Shown here piece after piece: positions 1 through 14,200 of a stretch of DNA of 64,000 nt. The position numbers and the translations under genes are program-made. The stretch's first letter is position 1. Each line of letters begins with the position of its first letter. The stretch comes from Paragordius varius. Its lineage: Eukaryota; Animalia; Nematomorpha. The notes beneath the pieces are model-generated. The model was not told where the DNA came from. It worked only from the letters and a program-made list of their open reading frames with translations, and searched no databases. The stretch lies in the NCBI GenBank assembly GCA_964247055.1, contig OZ176055.1, positions 8,680,001 through 8,744,000 of the forward strand, in the 5' to 3' direction.

Positions 1-749
1 AAGTCTATTTATTTCGTAAAATACATCAATGTTTTCCTAAATCAGTACATTTTATCTTTTATTATAAAAAATGAATATGATAAAAATAGCCATTTCCATG
101 AGTTCAAATATCGAAATTCATCATTGAGAATATAAATAATGAAATTCGGAAATTCAACTGATATCAGAATGCAAATGTATAATTATTTAAATTACCTAAA
201 TTTATTTTCTATACCAAAATACGGGTGGCATGCATGGTCAATTTTGAAAACTTTTATAAAAAAATATGATGATATTAGAGTTAGCTCAACTATTGATAAT
301 CGTAATTTCGAATAAAAAAACCAAAATTAGTAATTTCTTCTGATTCCAAATCGACTTATAGGACTTGTTTAAATATTTTTTAAAGACGTTTTTAGGTCCT
401 ATATCAAGCCTTGCATATAGACACTAAAATTATATTAGCAAATATTTTCCAATTTGTATTAATCATATAATTGTCCCCAAACTAATGACAAATATTGAGG
501 CAAGAGACCTAACCTATAGAGATGGGCAATTGGGTATAATTTTTTTATGGATAATAAAAAAGACCAATTAATATTAAATATAAAAAGGCAATTAATTTTT
601 CTATATTAACTTATCGCATGCGGGATGTGCGGGTCTTTTGGAAAGTTTTCTCTGGCACAAATATAATTGTTAATTAATTATTTTAACAATTATTTATTTA
701 TTTTTTATGGTATTTAGCAAATTAATCGCGTAAAAAGTAAAGATGATAT

Positions 750-1364
750 TTATTCATAGTGATTGTTATTAAAATATTTGTGCAATTGTTTGACTTTATG
801 CCTTCTAGATAATCCGTGTTGGCGCATCATTTTTATTTTCAAATAATCTATGAATTTTATAATGATAAAAAAACTTGTATTTTGCATGGGAGATTCATAT
901 TTATTTGACATGTCAATGTCCCATCGCCGATATTGAAAATTTTCAAACTTTTTAACCATTTCGCGAAATTTAATATTATTTAACGGTTTGGTCATTTTAT
1001 TTAGGGTTTGATAAAACGTGACAAATATTTCATGCTGAGTCATCAACTTCAAATATATTGGGTTTAATTGGACACCCATGGTATTTTTCAAACTAATTTT
1101 AGGTTCGCATAGAAAAGGACGTCTCTGAAATTTATTATCAATGCTTCTTAAAACAATCAGTATCGCATGAACAATGGTTAATGTATCATTATTATCTTTT
1201 GGGTTTTGACAAATGATCATATAAAAATTGCGACATCTCCAAAACACAATATTTTCTTTGTTAAAATATTTTTCTTTACGAGTTTTATGGCAAATTAACA
1301 AAGGACTGTTTTGATATTCAATTACTTCCATATTAACTGCAATCAAATAAAATCGTCTGATCAA
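750..1364 (-). mobile_element. Possible internally deleted Mutator-like (MULE) transposase remnant
   Basis: Intronless 204-aa ORF. N-terminal KYFNKENIVFWRCRN resembles a FLYWCH-type zinc-finger segment. MSNKYESPMQ..IIKFIDYLK loosely resembles the TNNxxE..FIxxLK region of MULE transposases. No DDE core seen; motif similarity by eye only. Confidence 0.3.
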
Positions 1365-2221
1365 ATAAATTTATTACAGTATATATGCAATTGTATATCA
1401 TATGCGTTGACAAATAAATGAGGGAGCATATCTCCTATCAAATAATGCGTTATATCACAATTATAATTGCAAAAAATTAACATGAAAACATATTATTTTA
1501 TCATTATTTATATAAGTAACTCATTTCTAATAAAAACATTTAACTAAATTTGTAGTAGGTCGTCAAAAACATTTATCTTTAAAAGAACTAATATATTATA
1601 ACTTGTAAATTATTTGAAGATTCAAATTCAATGCTAATTAATACTAGAAATTGGTCCACATATGGGTTAAATTAATATAATAATAATTTTAATGCGCTAT
1701 ATCTTAAGTAATATACTCAAAAAAGTAATTATAAAAAAATAGAGAGTATTATATGTAAAATATCCGATTTGTCTTATATACATCTAATGTGTTTACTATG
1801 CTAAATTTTTTAATTAAATATATATATATATAATGATTTGATTTTGACTTATAATAGTAGGCTAACTTAAATATAAAAATTTCGTTGATATATTCAATGG
1901 AAAAAAATTAAAGAAAATAATTGCAATTATGCATACTTCCATAACAAAATAAAAGGATAAATGTCTTAAAAAGTTTTGAGTTTCTTTAAGTATGATGGTG
2001 TGTGTTTTTTTGATTTACCAAATGCGATAATATCATAAAATACTCTAAAATACATTAAACTATTACGTAAATATAAGGAAAAATAAGTTTTTGCACTATG
2101 AAAATAAAACTAGTTTTGATTTGTAATAATAAAGGCTACGGTTGTTAAATAAAGGAAAAAAAGAGATAAAAGGACTATCTATTGTATTTTAAAGTTTTCT
2201 AATTCAATTATTAATTAAGTG

Positions 2222-5200
2222 CTAATAAATGGTAAAATAGATAAACATGAATAGAGCAATGGCTATAATAAGCAAAAGATTAAGGTTAAGACATAATTTT
2301 GCTTTAGGTCCTTGATGCAGACTAGTCACGTGTTGTAAATGGAGTTCATATCTATTGGCATTTTCACGGGCTTGTTGTTCAGTGGTATCGGAGTAACCCA
2401 AAAACCAATCCCAAATCTTCAGCAGGGTTGATCTCGAGGGGTATTCTACAAGAAGAAATGACATAAAATATGAAATAAATAAGGAAACATTTTTTATTCT
2501 TCAAAAAAAAAACCGTTTAAGATTATTAACTAAAGCTTCTTGTTTCCAATTACAGTAAATTAAAATTATACGATATTTATTTCTAATAGACAATAATACC
2601 TATTTCTTGATTTATTAAAATAAAACTCATAGTTTAAAATTGCAAAGTATGGAACGGAATAGAGATGTAATCAATTATGTATTTTACAATTTTAATAAAA
2701 TAGCTTATATAGGAAAATTAAGTTTTAAAGTATGGTTATCTTTTGAAAAAAAAATGTATTTATATTTTAACGTTTTGCCCGTTTAATTTCAATTTTTACT
2801 GTATATATTTGGGTATTTACAGCAGGGCGAAGACAGTTTTAAAAGAAGCATTAAAAACAGGATTTCTAAGAATTAAAAAATGAAACCTGACTAAATATTT
2901 AAAACTCAGGAACCGGTTCCGTTAACTGATATATAGGTAACCCAATTATTATAAAATATTTTAAATATAGGTAAAAAAATTTAAGCAAACAAAGCAAAAT
3001 GTTATTTGCGAGTTAGTTATTTAAAAAAATTATAAGGACTATACAAAATAAATAAAAAATATAGTTTAGAAGTAGGCTTTTTGGTTTTTAAATATCGGTT
3101 TCATAAAAACAAATTCAGTTTTAATCTTTTATATAATCGATCACATAATTAATTTTATTTAGATAAATAAAATTTTTTACTAAAATTCGAAAATTATTCA
3201 TTAAAAAATGAGTATTATAATTTTTTTAAATTAAAATGTTAAAATATTTCCAGATATGTTATAATCATTAAATAAGCATATACGTTTTATCACAGTATTG
3301 TCTTTCAAATTTACAGCTTCTTTATTATCCATATCAGAGTTAGCTGAATTCTTTATTATAGTTGCCTTTTTTATATTATTATTTTTATTGTTATCATTTA
3401 CAAGTCCATCTTCATTTGTATTTAAATGGCCATTCTTTTCGCGAGATTTTCCATTAGAAACTATTTTGCTATATATAATGAAAAATAAATTAAAGTAAAT
3501 AATATTTTAACTTCAACACTTCATTTCCTTTAGAATGGTTTTATATCCCAAAGCGAGTAAAAAAATTCGAATAGTATTTAAATTAAGCCAAATTTAAAAA
3601 TATACTTTCTTTAGTCTCTTTTATGCGCATTATACAAATTTTTTTTCAAAAAAATGTTAAATAGTTAAAATCCTAATCTCAAACCTTTTTGCCGCCATTT
3701 TCTATAAATTAATCGCTTATGCGACAGGCAAAAATGATATAATGATTAAAAAATGTAAATAATTAACTTCAAGAAGCTTTCAAGCTATATTTAACGAAAA
3801 AACTTGACTTTTGATTTTAAAATCAGCTGTTCATTTTAATCGTGTTTTGGAACTGTCCCAATTTAAGGCTATACAAGTCACACTGTATTTTAAACTAAAA
3901 TAATTTTAAAACCGTAGTTTATTAACAAAAATGAACTCGGGACATAAAACTACCCCAAAAAGTAAATTAGGAAAAAGTGAAAAGGTAATGAAGTGTTAAT
4001 GTAATTTTATTTAAAAAAACTAATATTTTATATATATAATTTACTTATTTTCAGGTTCAGAATCAACTCTGTAAACTATATCTTTAACTTCGGAGTCCAT
4101 TTCAACATCATCCGGTCGAGGTTGATCGTCAAATCTAACAATCAAACAAATCGTTCATACTAATATATTAGAAAACATTTTTTCAAGCCAAAAAATACGA
4201 ATTTATGTTACATATTTTCCATTCTAGGGTATTTCCACTTTTTTTACTTATTCTACAATGCATACGATTATAGATTTTACAGTTTAATTTTAACTATGAC
4301 GCCTTTACATAGAATTAAAAATGTTTCATTTTTTTCACTTTTACTATTTCGTCTCCATACACATCCATTTCTAAAGCTTAAAACTTTAATTTCTACTCCC
4401 CAAATTTTTAACTTTTTTACATAGGATGGATAATTCCATTTTGACACCATATATTTTTCCATTTTAAAGCATCCAATCTTTACTTATAATTCTTGCTCAA
4501 ATCAAATATTCACTTTTTTCTCATTTTTTACTATTTCGTCCATACATACATATCCATTTCTAAAACTTTAAAATTTGATTTCTTCTCCCCAAATTTAACT
4601 TTTTTACTTAGGATAGATAGATATACCATTTTAACACCATATATTTTTCATTTTAAATGGCTCAAATCTTTACTTAAATTACTTCCTTAAATCATTATAT
4701 TTACCTGCTCCAATACGTAGCACGAATCAAATATTTTTGGGCTTGAGGTTTTGTCCACAAACTAACGGCTATATTAACCAAGGCAGTTATCCAAAACAGT
4801 GCAATGGCAAAATACATGTAATGAAAACGTGAAACTAAGCCAGGTCTCCGATCAAACTGATGACTTCCACAAACCGGTTCAGGGTATACGAAATCAAGGA
4901 CCATACGTGTTATCCCTACACCCATACCTACCATAAGCGACCAAAAAGCACCCTGGCGAGATGTCGTAAAAAACGCATATTATAAATTAAAATTTAAATA
5001 TAAATTGGATTTCTATTGAATGTTTAAAATTGATTTGATAAATGTATGACTAAAAGAAGCAGAAGTTTAAGCATATCATAAATGTTTAGGGCAAAAATTA
5101 TGTGTAGTAAATTAAATCATATACACCGCCATAAGTATGTTTTGTGTTCAGGAATGAAAAAAATAATGTTTTTTAATTATATTGATTTGTTAGATTAAAA

Positions 5201-8200
5201 AAACTTTTAAACAATTAGGCATATCATAATTTGTGCTTAGGACTAAAAAATTATGTGTAGTAAATTAAATCATATACACCACCATACGTGTGTATAGAAA
5301 AAACGTAAAATCTAAATGTAAATTTCATTATTTTATGTTTAATCTTTTCTTTTTCTGTTTTATTGAATTGTTAGATTGATTTGTTAAAGAAATGATTTAA
5401 AAAACTATTTAGGTTAGGCATATCATAATTCGTGTTAGGACTGAAAATTATGTGTAAATTAAATTATATACAGCGCTATATGTGTGTATCGAAAATCTAA
5501 ATGTAAATTTCAATATTTTGTGCTAAATCTTTTCTTTCTGTTATAGTGAATTGTTAGATTAAAAAAAATTTAAACAATTAGACATATGATAATTTGTGTA
5601 TAAGACTAAAAAATTATGTTTAATTACGTACAGCGCCATATGTGTGTATCAAAAACGTAAAATTTAAATGTAAATTTCAATATTTTGTGTTTAATCTTTT
5701 CTTTCTGTTATATTGAATCGTTAGATTGATTTGATAAATAAATGGTTTAAAGAACTATTTAGAAAAGGTTGGGCATATCATAATTTGTATTTAGGACTGA
5801 AAAATTAGGTGTAAATTAAATAACATACAGCGTCATAAGTGTGTATAGAAAAAACGTAAAATCAAAATGTAAATTTCAATATTTTGTGGTCAGGAATGAA
5901 AAATATGATGCTTTTATGTTAAATAGATTTGTTAAATTAAAAAAAAACTTTTTAAACAATCCGGCATAATATTTTGTGTTAAGGATTAAAAATATGTCGC
6001 CCTATCGTAAAACATAAAATCTAATTATTAATATTTATGCTGTTCTGTAGTTTGTACTATATGGATTTGTAAAAGAAATTTTAATATAAGTGTTATTTCT
6101 ACCCCCACACCTATCATTAAAGATCAAAAAGCGCCCTCAAAATGTAATATATCGTAAAAAGTAAAATGTAATTTGAAATTGGATTTGTGTTTTGGCCTGA
6201 AAAAAAAGTTAATGATTTCATTCAAAAATTATTTCTTAATAAAATAAATCATGCATATGATTTACTAAATTATTTATATGGATTCGTTAAAAAAAGTTTT
6301 AAAGGGTATATCAGATACAATATGTGAAGAGATCAAAAATTAAACTTGTAATCTCTCCACAAGGGACTAAAAAGCAACAAAACATATATTTTAAAATAAG
6401 TTAAATCTACCTTTTCATTCGATCTAGGCCATAGTATAGCCAACAAGTAAACTGAAGCAATCGGAGGCGATAAATAAGCCGCTATTGATTGAATGTAAAT
6501 GTAGAGTTGTCCACCTTGAAGTGCTTGAATAACTGGAATCCAAACTATACCAATAACTGTCATTAACAGTATAAAAACTCTAAAAAGTGTGCAAAAAATA
6601 TTAATGATTTAAAAATTGAAATCATAAAAAAATGATTAATATTTTGCAAGAAAAAATGGTAAATTTCCTCTGATTAACAGTATAAAAAAGGTATTAAAAG
6701 TGCAAAAAATATGGTGATGGATTGATTATTAAATAAGTAAAAATTGAGATCACAATAAGTTTATTTAGTAAAATAAAACTATGAATACCGTAAATAACAT
6801 GATAAAAACTCTTAAAAAGTTTCCAAAAATTGTGATGGCAAAAAAACAAAAAAAGATTATGATTACTAAACCATAAAAAGCGGATGTTAAACAATAAATT
6901 TAGGAGTTATTTGGTAAAAAAATTAAACCCTAAAAAGCACAAAAATGATGAATTAATGCTAAAACCGTAAAATTTTTAATTGTTAAATAATTTATTATCA
7001 AGAGAAAAAATGGAAATCCTAAAAAGCATAAAATAATTAAATGTTAAAAACGAACTAAAATATAATGATTGATCAAGAACGATAAAATTTTAACACAAAA
7101 CATAAATCAATTAGAAAAAAGAAAATAATAATTCAAAATAAAAACCATTTGTATGAAGTAAGTGTTTTAAAATAAACAATGTACTCTACTTTAAAATAGC
7201 CCGATTTATCTAATACATTTCTTTTCAGTCCTTATCAAATATAATTTTTTATATATTATCAATATTTATAATATACCATTTAGAATTCAAATTAACCCTT
7301 GAACAATTCAAATTCACCCTTGGAGAATTCATATTCACCCTAAAAATAAATAATGTGTTTTCGGGCTAATATAACTCATTATTAACAAAAAATATATTAT
7401 TATAGCATATTTTAGTATTTTTTCAGTATTATTAATTTTAAACGTAATATCTTATTTTTAAATATAAAAAAATTAGTTAATTTTTAATCATAAAGAAACA
7501 CATAATTTATTTTAGGGTAAATTAGAATTGTTCGAGGGTGAATTTATAATTGTTCAAGGGTAAATTTGAATTGTTCAAGGGTAAATTTGAATAGTTTAAG
7601 GGTGAATTTGAATTGTTCAACGGGAATTAGAATTGTTCAAGGGTGAATTTAAATTATTCAGGGAATTTGATATAATTGTTCATATAAATTGTTTAAGGGT
7701 AAATTTGAATTGTAAATGGTATATTAAATAAACTTTAATTTATTGGAAATAAAATATACCTTCCAGTGATTAATAATTCACGGACAGTAGCTTTTGGTCT
7801 CAAAATTTTCCAAATATCCATGGTAAAGAGTGTACTAGCACTATTGAATATTGAAGTTAAATCGCTCATCAAGGCGGCCAACATAACGGCTAACATTAAA
7901 CCTTTAGCACCTGATTGGCAATTTCAAATAAAATTATGAAAAAAATTGGTTTTATTAGAATATTTAGCATTAAAAGCGTATTTTGATAGGATGATATTTT
8001 TAAGTGAAACAAGTCGTGAATTTGACTAAAAAGTCAAATAATTGTGATTGATAAAATATAAACGCCAAACATAGCATAAATGTGTTTTGATTTAAAAATT
8101 AGGACCTAAAATATGTTTTAATTTGATGGGTTAATTCACAAGTCATAATGATTCCATTATTTTAATATTCAATTGAGTTATTATAATGATACATAAAATC

Positions 8201-11200
8201 TAGCTAGTTGTTGATAAAATATTTAAAACCATAATATATCATATATATATATATTATATATATATATATATATATATGTGATAAAAGCATAATATAAAAG
8301 AAAAAAAACCTAATTAATTAATTGTTATAAACGTAAAAATGTGGTCTTAACATCAAAAATTTAATTTTATTATATGTAAAAAAATCCTTTAAAATATTCA
8401 TTTATAACCATATCATTACCTGTAGGTAGGAGATTTAAAACAAGAGTGGGGTAAGCTAAATTGCTACATCCCGTGGGATTTCCACAAATCCTTGAGCAAT
8501 CTTCCGGCGAAGCACACGCGACAATATCTGAACAATCAAAAATGTCATTTATTATTTGTTTGTTATAAAACGCAATCAATTGCATTAAAAATAGAAAGGA
8601 AAAATTGAAATTATACGGACAAAACGTAATTTTTTTCAAAAGAGACAACCATACTTTTTTGAACCTTAATTTAACCTATATCAAAAACATTTAATAACAA
8701 GCATAAAATATGTAAACAATTTGTTACTAATATACATCTCTATTGTATACATTGGCGTTTAAAACAATGTGTTAAATTTAAAAAAATCATGATTTATATA
8801 TGGTTGTATTTTGGAGAAAAATATTTGTCTTTATATTTTTACCTTTTGTCCGTATAATTTCAAATTTTAATGTAAAAGGAATGACATAAAAAAGTAAGAC
8901 GCATTTTTTTGTAAAAAAACTAGACTATTCAACGTTAAAACTTATTCTTTATTAAATTTTGTGCGTATACGAAATATATATAATATAATGTATTATTTTT
9001 TAATTCCATTTTTTAATTGTAGCTCAAAACGATACGTAGGATAAAAAAATTAAGGTCGATTTAAAAAAAAGCATTGTTGTCTTAATTTTTATTTATATTT
9101 TTTAGATTTTTTTTCAGTCTAAAATAAACAGCGCCCATTAACTATATAATTATGCTAGGTATAAGGTGCTTTTTTCATTTAAATAATATATATTAGTTTA
9201 TTGTTGAATTAGATTCATTAAAATGACACTCAAATATACATACAAACTAATTAATTTGTGCTTAAAACACATGTATTTTATAAGGAGTTATATTAAATCC
9301 TTATAACCAAAGCTTCATTTAAATATGGAGAGAAATAGCTGAAATTTAGTAAAAAATTAGACGACATTATAAGTAAAAATACTCAACAATCCAATCATTT
9401 TAAAAGACCGCTTTCATATAAATTTTTAATTAAAAACCAATTATTATATAAAAAAACTGAAAATTATAATAAAATAAGAAAAAAATCTAGAAAATAAAAC
9501 CAGTAAAAAGGACTCGACTAATCATGCCTGGCAAGATTATCATGAAAAGCGGTAGCATTTTAAGGTAACCCGCAAATAGCGTTCCACCCTGAGCATGAGA
9601 TATATCTTTGGCAGCTAGTGCACGTTGAACCATCATCTAAATTAATTAAATAAAAGATTTTAAAAAAGAAAATATAAATTTTAGTTATTATCAAATTTAA
9701 AAGATGATATAGATTTTAATATGACAGTGATCTTTTAAAACCCTTAAAAATTTTATACAACCTGAATGTTAATTAAATTGAAATGTATAATTAAAGGTTG
9801 TTGTGACTAACTTAAATCTCGTTATGTAACACAAAACGATAGGTGGCGTAGAAAAAATCAAGCATCAAAAAATATTGTTTTATTAATAAAAAAACATATT
9901 AGTCTTGTAATTTTTATGTTTTGTCTTTAATTCAATGTCTTTAAAATCAATTTTTCCCAACTTATATTTACTTAATCAGCTCAATAATAAATACAAGCGA
10001 TCGTTTGTCCATAATAAATTAATATTTGATAGCGCTTTTTTATCAATAAAAAACCAATTTTTATTCAGCATAGTTTTAAAATTCTCTGGAAATCTAATCC
10101 AAAATATTTTTCAAGTTAATTTTTGAAAAACCAGATCAGCGCACTAATACTATTTGTCCAAAAATAAAATCAGGCCATTGTGGAAAAACGTGTCATTCAT
10201 GATTTAATATTTATACCAATGGCAATTAATAGAGAAAAATCTCTTAAAACCCAATTTTAACTTTTATCAAGTCAAAGTTTTTCAATATATTTTCGTAAAC
10301 CCCAAATTAAAAACCTAATCAGTGTACCTATAATAAATACTAGCGGTAATTTCCAATAAAAAATATTGCTTTTTTAAAACAATGGTCATTCATATCTTAA
10401 ATATGGGCCATGTGTTCCCCCTTCCCCACATTTATATCATTATGAAATATAATCCTTGTAAAACCATTAAAACGTAATAAAATCTTTCATAGCGCATAAG
10501 AAAATTCTATAGTAATCCATTCTTAAAATATTTTTGAACTTTAACTTTAAATAAAAAAATAACCTGATCGACGCACCCAGGCCAAGTTGTAAAAAGGGTC
10601 ATTCATAATTCAATATTTTATATGCAATGACAATTAAAAAATGTAATGTCCCTTACACATGCAAGTTTTTACTCAAAACTTTCTGAAATCCAATTTCCGA
10701 ATTCTCAAGGTACTCTCTGAAATCCTAAATTTAAAAGATAACCTGATCAGCGCACCAATACCATATACTAGCGGTCCTTTGTCCAAAAATGAAACCAGAC
10801 AGATGTGTAAAAAAAGGGTCATTCATAATCAATAATATGCAATGACAATTAAAACAAAATGTCCCTTTAACATGCAAATTTTTACTCAAAACTTTCTGAA
10901 ATCCAAGTTTTTACTCAAAATTCTCAAGGTATTCTTTGAAATCCCAAATAAAAAATAACCTGATCAGCGCACCAATACCAAATACTAGCGGTCGTTTGTC
11001 CAAAAATGAAACCAAACCAAATGAGTTAAGGGTCATACATAATTCATTATTTATTCAATGGCAATTAAAAATATGTCCCTTAAACATGCAAGTTTTTACT
11101 CAAAACTTTCTGAAATCCAAGTTTGTAATTCTCAAGGTATTCTTTAAAATCCTTAATTTAAAAGATAACCTGATCAGCGCACCAATAGCAAATAGTAGCG

Positions 11201-14200
11201 GTCGTTGGCCCAAAAATAAAACCAAACCAATGTGTATAAAGGGTCATACATAATTTAATACTTTTTATGCAAGTTTTTACTCAAAACTTTCAAGAAATCC
11301 AAGTTTAAAATTCTCAAGGTATTCTTTGAAATCCCAAATAAAAAGAAAACCTGATCAGCGCACCAATACCATATACTAGCGGTCGTTTGTTCAAAAATGA
11401 ATTTTTATGAAGTTTTTACTTAAAAGTTTCTGAAATCCAACCTTAAAATTCTCAAAATATTCTTTAAAACCTAAATTTAAAAGATAACCTGATCAGCGCA
11501 CCAATACCAAATACTAGCAGTCGTTTGTCCAAAAATGAATCCAGGCCATGGCATAGTTGGATCATTGGCCGGTCTCAACATTTGCCAAGCATTTGCTCGA
11601 GGTAAGCCACATAAAGCGAGTTCAGCTTGCTGTTTTATACTGCTATTAAGGACTGGATTATGTAGCAATTCATTAAGGGAGGTGCGTAAATGCGAAACTG
11701 AAGATAAATTGTAAGTAGCTAGTAAATAATAAAAATGTTAGACATATATGGAAAATAAATTGGAAAAATGGTGTATATTAAAAAGCTTTAATACATTTCA
11801 ATTTCTTTTATGAAAAGGAATTCAAAATATGAAAAAACCAAGGATTAGACTTGTTTTTGGTTAAAATCTCATATATTTTTTAAAAACAGTCCTCCTTGAT
11901 CAAATAATTCCAAATTCCGAATTTATAAATTTGGTAAATAGTTTAAGTTAGATAAAATTTAAAATTAAGCTAATTATTTTCGTAATGCAAACTATTAAAA
12001 GATGTAAAGTATAAAATTGATAGTGATGCCTATTTTTCTGGAAAAAACAATGAAATACGTTATATTCAACCAATAAAACATTAAAATGTAGATATAGAAA
12101 CTAAAAAGATAAAAAAATGTATTTTACCCATTGTGGTTGAAGGGTGTGAAAACCTGGCAATTGGTGGAAAGATGGATGTTTCATTGTTCGATAAACTAAA
12201 AACAAACACCAAATTATAAGTATATTATAGGTTTAAAAACACATATAAATACGTATTTTAAACTAATTCAACGCAATAATTTAACAAGATTTTCGAATAT
12301 ATAAGCAAAAAACTCAATTTTATAAATACATAATAATTTTCAAAATATATCGATATTTATGAACATAAAAAGCATGCAGGGAACCCCTACGTAATATTCC
12401 AAATAATGACATATTATTTGTATCATGACCCACCCTTTTTTTACAAAAAATAAATGACATTAAAGTTTTCTGTTTAATCAATATTTAATTAAATTTATAA
12501 TAAAATAAATTAATATAACTAGTTGTAAGAAATAAATTTTTTTTAAAAAAAACAATTAAATTTATATTTTTTGTTATATTTAGCACATTTATAAAGTTCC
12601 AATAACCTTATCAAATAAACTCATTATGGACAAATTCCAATGTATATAACAAATTTTCTATGTCATTAAAACAATTTACACAAAATAAAGTGTTTTTTAA
12701 AAAAACTCTACCTTAAAGGTATTGATTGTGATGTATATAAGGAGGTATTATTGGTATTAGATTGTAGCAAAAAGGGTGATATAGTTGTTGTATTACCCAA
12801 AGAATTTGCAAAAAAATGCGCAGATTCAAGAAAATTTATAATGTTTAGCGTGGAATTTGGAATGGCTATGCCATATTTTTCACGTAAACCGCGATAACCA
12901 CCAACCCGGTCAAATGCTATATATAGATATTGAAAAATTTTATGAAAAGAAACAGTAAATTAATAATATAAATATATTTTGAACGACTATATAGTAAGTA
13001 CATTGTTTCTGGCTCATTCATATATTATATACCATTTGCACTTCAAAAGTTTTTTTGAGCACTTCAAGTTAATACACTTCAAGTTGATCCTTAAAAACTT
13101 CAAAGTGGTCCTTGAACATTTTAAGTTGGTCGTTTATCATTAATCTATTTTATCGTTTTTCACCTATTTTCTATTATTTTACATAAAATTTAAATCAATA
13201 TCAACTTTTAATCATTGAGAAACCGTATATCTTTATTAATATTTTATTTTAATATAAAATATCAACACGTAATTATAAAATATATAAGTTTTTTGGATTA
13301 TTATTTATTTCATTGAAAACATTCAAATTAATAATTAATTGCAAAAAAAATACTTTGAAACAAAAAAGTGGTTTTTCAATAAAATTTTTAATTTTTAAAT
13401 GCATAAATATATAATAAATAAAGAAAAGGTTAATAAATAAAAAAATAAATGCAAAAATTATGGTTAAATAGAAATTTATAAATTTTAAGGACCAACTTGA
13501 ACTGTTCAAGGACCAACTTGAAGTGTTCAAGGACACTCTTGAAGTGCAAATGATATATTTGAGCGGCTATAAAGTTTCACATAAATTGGCAAACACAGTA
13601 GTGTATATAAAAAAACAACAAAATGTTGAAATTAAACAATTTTTTCCTATCCTATTCTACCTTACATTAATAATTTTATTATGTAAAAACAAAATTTTTA
13701 TAATACACATACTACTGTTTTTCCAATTGGCCAATATTCTCCTAGTTTGCTAATAAAAACTAAACAATGTACATGCTTATTATATTTAATATTTTTTTCT
13801 ATAATTTAATTTTTTTAATTCATATATAATGACCCATTTAGAACTATATAACCAAAAAATATGGTAATTCACTATAAAAAATATAAAAATCGACTAAAAA
13901 ATAAACGAAAATTTATCATTCAGAACGGTCATAAAAAATTAACGACCATGTAGGATTTTTTATTATTTCACATGAATAAATCAGCCAATATAGGCAATAT
14001 TAATATTGTATAAATTAAACTTACAAAAACTAATAACAATTAAAGCTCTCTAAAAACTTTTTAAGGTAAAAACTACAATAATGTCTCAAATGAGTATAAT
14101 ATACCAAATAAATTAAAAACAACAAAATAAGATAAACAAATTTTAATGCATCCTATAATAAAAAAATATAGAGAAATAATGTGAATTATCATCAATTGTT

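Noticed and set aside
3298-3498. Hydrophobic 66-aa ORF on plus strand
   Set aside because: Antisense shadow of the Asn/Lys-rich SLC5 exon 17. The same applies to ORFs 16336-16521, 53630-53896, 54663-54869, 56406-56609 and 62789-62971, which overlap real exons in other frames or strands.
10936-11253. 105-aa plus-strand ORF with an internal repeat
   Set aside because: It is the antisense reading of two units of the exon-10 tandem array, not a gene.
13273-13753. ORFs of 87 and 76 aa, and similar F/I/L/K/N-rich ORFs at 4277, 4493, 6694, 9935, 24462, 29005, 33204, 43574, 51859 and 53360
   Set aside because: They lie in MITEs, tandem repeats or AT-rich intron sequence and have the composition of chance ORFs.
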